A stretch of DNA of 64,000 nt from Paraspadella gotoi (Eukaryota; Animalia; Chaetognatha): assembly GCA_051294375.1 (NCBI GenBank), contig CM119267.1, positions 25,307,783-25,371,782 of the forward strand, in the 5' to 3' direction. The notes under the pieces are model-generated. The model saw only the letters and a program-made list of their open reading frames with translations, did not search any database and was not told the origin of the DNA. The position numbers and the translations under genes are program-made. Shown here piece by piece: positions 57,924 through 64,000 of the stretch (positions are counted from its first letter, which is position 1; the number at the start of each line of letters is the position of its first letter).

Positions 57924-60900
57924 ATGTCGGAAGAAGCGCCGGACGTGGCCGCCATGGACGGCGTCGAGGACGAAGTCTTGGATTCTCTTCTTCCCGGATC
58001 TGACGACGAGGAGGACACTTTCATGGATGAGGAAGAAACATCCGACCGGAGGAAGCGGTGAGTTGCGAGCCTGGACTCACTGATAAACCTTGACCTGTGG
58101 AGTGAGGAGCTTGTAAATGTAAATTTAAATGTAAATGCGGAGCGCTTAAGAAAAGCTTTGAGTGCGATTCGTGAGGCGTGAAATCACGATCTTCAATCTC
58201 TTACAAAAACCCCTTGTTTTTTTTCTCTGTTTTTTCTTTTCCGTTAGGGCGTCGCAAAAATCGTCACAACATCCGAGTCCGATGAAAGGCTCTCGCTCGC
58301 CGACCAAGTCGGCTCAAGACGATAAGACCGACAAGGAAGATCAAGGTGCGGAAGAAGGTGAGACGGGTCGGACACAATCGGCACCGAATTGAGTCCACCG
58401 ACAATGTCAATCATCTCTGGTTAATACAATCACTTTTTTTCCCTCATTCTCTTTTTTTCCCTTTTTTCCAGAAAAAGCCATGAACAACTCTCTCGAAGCC
58501 CAAGAGGACGCGAAGGCCGACCAGAAAAAGCCGGACGTCGCCGGAAAGGACGATGACGACGACGACGACGACGACACGGAACGGAAGAAGAAAGAGCTTC
58601 AGCGTCGACGACAACTCATCGAAGCGGAAAACGCGGAGCGAGAGCGAGCACTCGAGAAGCTCAAGGAGGAGGCGATGGAGTTTGACGAGACGGAGAGGGA
58701 GAAGAAGAAGAGGCTCGAGGAGGAAGCGAGGAAGATAAAGGAAAAGATCAAGATGGAACTCAAATCGCAAGAGTCGAAAGGAGGAGGAGACAAGACCAAA
58801 GAGAGCGACAGCGACGTGAGTTCTTCTTTTTATTCTTTTTTTTAACCGAAATGTGGGAGTGGCGTCTGCGCGAACTCAATTTTTTTGTTTCCTTTTTTAG
58901 GATTCCGATTCTGACAGCAGCGACAGCGGAGACTCCAACGACTCGGATTCTGACTCCGACTCTGGAGATGAAGGAGAAAAGAAGAAAAAGCAAGGCAAAG
59001 CCAACGGCGTCGCCAAGACGTCCTCCGACGCTAAAGTAAGAAAAGGGGGTGAGAATGACGTCATCCAAACGACGCTTTTTCTAACTCGTGAGTCATTGCC
59101 TTCGTCTTTCTAAGGATCACAGAGGCGAAAATCGATCCAAGCGAATCTCCCCTATTCGTTTCGAGTCTACGAGTTCCGAGCGACGCAACGCCGGGGATCT
59201 GCTGGACGATCGCGTCGAGGATCACGGCCCTCCCGGCGAAATGTCCAAACCAGGACGGGGACCCACGGACTTTACGAACAAATTGAAGGTGAGAGATCGT
59301 TCATCTTTTGATTTTGATCATTTTATATTTATATATGAATTCCCTTTTCTCCTCGCAGTACATCTTCCGCGACGCTCGTTTCTTCCTCATGAAGTCGCAC
59401 AACTTTGAAAACGTCTCGTTGGCGAAGGCGAAGGGCGTTTGGTCGACGCCGCCTCAGAACGAGTACAAGATCAACCAGGCGTTCGATCAATGCTCAAACG
59501 TCATCCTCATATTTTCCGTCAAAGAGAGCGGGAGGTTTCAGGTGATTCGAACTACGAACTCTGATTTATTTCGACGGAGACTCGGATCACGTATTGGGTC
59601 TTGTTGACGCCTTCGTGGTTTCAAAGGACATTCGCTGGTTGCAGTTCGTACGCTCGTTTTTTGTGTACGTTTCTTGTGATCCTTTTAGCGTTGGTCCAAC
59701 ATTTTTGTCTCCGAAAATAAAAAAGAGACGAGATCTCTGCGAACGATTGAATAGTCGCTCAATTTGTTCGTCGTTCCCCTCGCCACAAAAAAAAAACAAT
59801 AAATAAATAAAACATATCTAATTTTTCTTCAGTCAGTTCTTTGACCAAATAACGATCTTTCTTTATTTTTCTTTATCTTTTTTTATCATTTAACTCTCGA
59901 AGGGTTACGCCCGCGTGGCAAGCGAATCGTCCCACTCCCTCGGCCCAGTCAACTGGGTCCTGCCCCCCGGCCTTAGTAGCAAAGCCCTAGGTGGAATATT
60001 TAAGATCGATTGGGTTTCGCGAAAAGATCTTTCTTTCAACGTCACCGCCCACTTGTACAACCGGTGGAATGACGGAAAGCCCGTCAAGATTGGGCGAGAC
60101 GGGCAGGAGATCGAGCCTATTACTGGTAATTCATTCGTTTTCCCTCTCGGTATCTTTTATGATTAAACTATGTGAAAATCACTAAAATAATTAAATTTTA
60201 TAAATAAAAGGGGATCAACTGTGTCGTCTCTTCCCCGCGGACGAGAACATCGACATCGCGGCCATCGCTCACAAGGCCAAAGTCAAGTACCGGTCCAAAC
60301 GCGACAACGCCGGCGACGAGGCGCTACGACAGGGACGAGGCGGCGAGCGACGGGACTCGAGGGGTGGCGGATCTCGTGGGAGGAACCGCTCCGCCTCGCC
60401 GCCAGGCGGGCCGCAAGCAGCGAAGAGACCGAGGAGAAGCGACGGCGACTACGACGGAAGGTTTTTTTTTGATCGCGGTGGAAAAAAAACAACTCATTTA
60501 CCGATTTAATGTAACTAAATTTAATTTAATTTAATTTAATTTCTTTTTTTATTTTCCCTCAGGTCCGGCGGATACGGTCGTCGCCGAATGGACGAGCCCG
60601 GCGGCGGACCTTCCTACTCTGATTACATGCGCACTTATCACACATCTAAGGGCGCCATGTTTCCGCCCGGTGCGCCGCCGATGTCCTACGGCTGGGGTGG
60701 AGGACCGTTCGAAGACGCTTCTAGGTCGGTAACAGAGAAACGCAATATTTTAATTAAAATGTTTAAACGTTTAAAATTAAGCGTTTCACATTTACTTGAT
60801 AAAATTATTTTTTGTTTAACCGTAATTTTTATATCTTTTGTATAAAGATCTGATCGTAGCTACGAAAAAGACGTGGAAGCGTTTCTCCGTCAAACTTCGA

Positions 60901-61343
60901 GTGGGCGCGGTTCTTCTTCCTCCCGTCGACCGAGCGATCGCGGTGGAAAGGAGCGAAGACGTGAGTTGAATCAGAGGAGGAAGAGGAGATGGGTTAGATT
61001 CCATTCTCAATACAATCAAAATGAGATCGAGTTCATTAATCTCATTTGCATATAGTCGTGTTGACATTGAGTTGACAAATATTCTATATCGGCGTCATTG
61101 CAAGGTTTTATATCATAAATTCATTCTTGTCTTTAGTAAAGCAATTAATAATGTTTATTAATAAGAGATTTTGGTACATTTAGCAATATTAATTAATTAT
61201 ACGCAGGCGGGTCGGGTTCTCCCGGGGCCGACGATCGAAGGAGAGAAAAAGACGGAAAAAGAAGAGAGCGTGAAGATGGGCGAAGCCGCGATGGAGATCG
61301 AGGGCGGAGCCGGAGAGATGAGGAAGATCGAAGGAGGCGATAA
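57924..61343 (+). CDS. YTHDC1: YTH domain-containing protein 1 (nuclear m6A reader); exons 57924-58057, 58248-58357, 58472-58815, 58901-59035, 59115-59288, 59359-59541, 59903-60125, 60211-60460, 60563-60724, 60848-60960, 61207-61343
   Basis: [98 protein letters not shown], and an RE/RD-rich tail. Confidence 0.95.
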
Positions 61344-62097
61344 GATGCCGGTGTCGTCTCCTCTTTTACATTCTGCGATGAGCTCTCTCCGAATTCTTTT
61401 GCTTCTCGAGATGACATTTGTTCGTTTTTTTGTTGTTTTTTTTTGTTTGTTTTTTGTTTTTTGTTTTTTTGAGTCGAAACCATCGAATTTATTTCGTCTT
61501 TTCTTTGTGACTTTGGCATTCGAATTTTCGTTACCCTTGTACTATAATATCATTTCGTATTCATAAAAAAATTTAACTTGCTGCAGTCTCAAAAAAAGTA
61601 TAATCATTGTCCCTCATCTTTTTTTTCCTTTAAAAGTACGAATTTTGGTTGTTTTTTTATCACTCCAAGCGACTTTGATGAAAATTAATTTTGAGGATTG
61701 TTAAAACTTTATTGCTTGGTAATCATTTTTTTTTTTTAAATTTAAGCTAATATTTTTAAGCAATGTATTGTTAAATTAGCCTCTCAAAACAGCTCTAAAT
61801 ATTTGTAACTGCACCTTCCCCCATATTAGTTTAATCAAGTTAAATGTCAACATTATTATGACGGATTTGGATTTATCCTAGCTTCAAATTTGAAAAAAAA
61901 TTTGCAAAATCGCATTTGTAATTTCTGGCGAAAGAGGCTGCTTTGCGAAAAGAAGGTAAGTTAGCATATTGCAAGCATTCCTTCTCAAATGAAGAAAGCA
62001 CAACTCATAATTTTCAGAGATCCCGCGGCCGAATTTTGAGATTTGGTTAAAATCGATTAGAAGATTCGGACAAATAAAACGCGAAGATTTTTTTGAA

Positions 62098-63947
62098 ATG
62101 GTGACCAAGCAACAGCAGCAGCAGCAGCAGCAGCACCAAGAGTCGGATGGCAACGGCGGCGCTATGGGCAGTATGGGCAGTATGGGCATGAGCGGGCAAA
62201 CTGGACCAGGGTCCGGTGGCCCCACTGGTCCTCCCAGAACCCAGTCACAGGTAAGGTTTACTCATTTTATTTTTTTAACCATCGCGTATTGATATTCGAT
62301 ATTTTTCCCCCTCCAAGTACTCCATTCCGGGCATCCTTCATTTTCTACAACACGAATGGGCAAGATTTGAAATGGAGCGTTCTCAGTGGGATGTCGAGCG
62401 TGCCGAACTTCAGGCACGCATCGCCTTCCTTCAAGGGGAACGCAAAGGCCAGGAAAATCTCAAGCAAGACTTAGTCCGACGCATAAAGATGTTGGAACAC
62501 GCCCTCAAGCAGGAACGGGCCAAGCTGCATAAACTCAAGTACGGCGTCGACCTAAACCAAGAGGAGTTGAAGCCTCCAACCTTCGAGTCTCCGACCGAGG
62601 ATAACGTTGACAATCACGATCGAAACAACTCTAACTTGTCGTGGCGACAAGGCCGCAAGTTGCTTCGCCAGTACCTCGAGGAAATCGGCTACACCGATAC
62701 CATCATCGACGTCCGCTCTCAACGAGTCCGATCTTTTCTCGGACTCCAGGGACGAGACAATGACAACGAATCCGGCGTCGCTTCCGGTGAAGTCGTTAAC
62801 GGAAACTCCAACCTTCTTCCTCAACAGACTGGAAGGAGAGACGTGGAGAGGCAGCAGGGCGGCCAGGGAAAGGTAATGGGATTTGGGAAAAGCGGTCAAA
62901 CCGATTCGTTGCAGTCTTTAGATGATCTTCGTCATGAAATAGTCTCCATCACATTAACTCGTTTTTGCAGATGGCGTTGGAAAACCAAGAGGAGGCCGTT
63001 CTCGCCACATTCGACTTTCTTCCCGGTGACATGGATGACGAGGGCGACATGTCTGACGAAGACGAAGGCTCCGACGGAGACGTAGAATCGGAAGATTCCA
63101 TTTTGAGTAAGTCTACGCCATAGGATATTTTTGTGTGGTTTTTCATAATTCTATATGTACACAAAATGGTGTCACTTTAAAGTCTTTTAACATTAAACTG
63201 AAGGATATTTCTTCAAATTTACGTCTCAGGTCACAATTTAAATGTGAAGCGAAAAATTCCGGGGATGATGGAAAATGAGTCGCCCATGGAGGATGATTTG
63301 GGTAAGAGACGAAGACTTCAATCTCGCTTTTATTTTGCGACTTCATAACTTTGTTAAATTTGTATATGAAATTGGTACAACAAATATAAAAATTATATTA
63401 TTATATTATGAAATTGGTACAACCAATATAAAAATTATCCATTCATTTAATAAATAAGCTATCTTGCCCCTGACTTTGGACAGGCTTTGGTGGTTTAAGG
63501 CCTCCATCACTCTTACAAGATAATGACATAGCAGGTCCCTGCAAGCTTTCAATCAAGACTCTCTCACAGTCTCGTTTATTCACTATCAATGAAGTGGTAT
63601 AATATTTCAAAGAATGTTTCAATTGTATGAAAATTATTGTATTATATTATATTTCAGAGGAAGAATCAGCCTTAGCAGAATTCGATTTCCTGACGTCGGA
63701 AACTGGAAGCGGCGAAGGACATAGCGATCGTCCCGATGACGCCGGGTGGTCTCCGACCGGTTTAGGAGGAGTACTTCATCCTTATTCGGGAATTAGGCAG
63801 AATTACCAACAGGTATCTTATCAACGATTGTTTTGAGCGTTTATTTTTAGATTTTTTCTGTCAGTTTTTAATGCATTTTTACAGACCAGCGTTGCTACGA
63901 ATGAAACAGAAGCCGGACTGGATATTGGAGAGTTGTCAGAGGTAACT
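62098..63947 (+). CDS. STRN: Striatin family (STRN/STRN3/Cka), 3'-partial; exons 62098-62250, 62318-62872, 62971-63106, 63230-63301, 63658-63812, 63885-~63941/63947
   Basis: YSIPGILHFLQHEWARFEMERSQWDVERAELQARIAFLQGERKGQENLKQDLVRRIKMLEHALKQERAK and WRQGRKLLRQYLEEIGYTDTIIDVRS. Confidence 0.93.
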
Positions 63948-64000
63948 GTAATTAGTTAGTTATAAACTTTAATATATCGTGGCAGCAATATAGAATAATA

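Overview
Eukaryotic (probably bilaterian invertebrate) genomic DNA with GC-rich exons and AT-rich, repeat-filled introns. Eight co-oriented (+) protein-coding loci: PAXBP1/GCFC (5'-truncated), SNAPIN, an ABHD6-like lipase, a large Ig/FN3 single-pass adhesion receptor (echinoid/nephrin-like, C-terminus IYEVVV), GRWD1, a disrupted ~620-codon orphan ORF, YTHDC1 and striatin (3'-truncated). About 10.4 kb (31859-42175 vs 43305-53783) is present as a giant inverted duplication full of 1-bp indels, most likely an assembly/gap-fill artefact. The main discovery: three unrelated ~235-260 bp intronic repeat families each contain what reads by eye as a circularly permuted (type P5) twister ribozyme with covarying pseudoknots and a self-complementary P1 segment. 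One family occurs both as a solo LTR and as a complete ~650-bp two-LTR element with a 4-bp TSD and a PBS-like TGG, i.e. a candidate animal 'twister LTR-retrozyme'. The other two place the twister directly behind a tRNA-like Pol III head. Minimal Penelope-type hammerheads, DINE-1/HINE-like elements, a hAT-like element and MITEs are also present. All identifications are by eye; no database searches were run.
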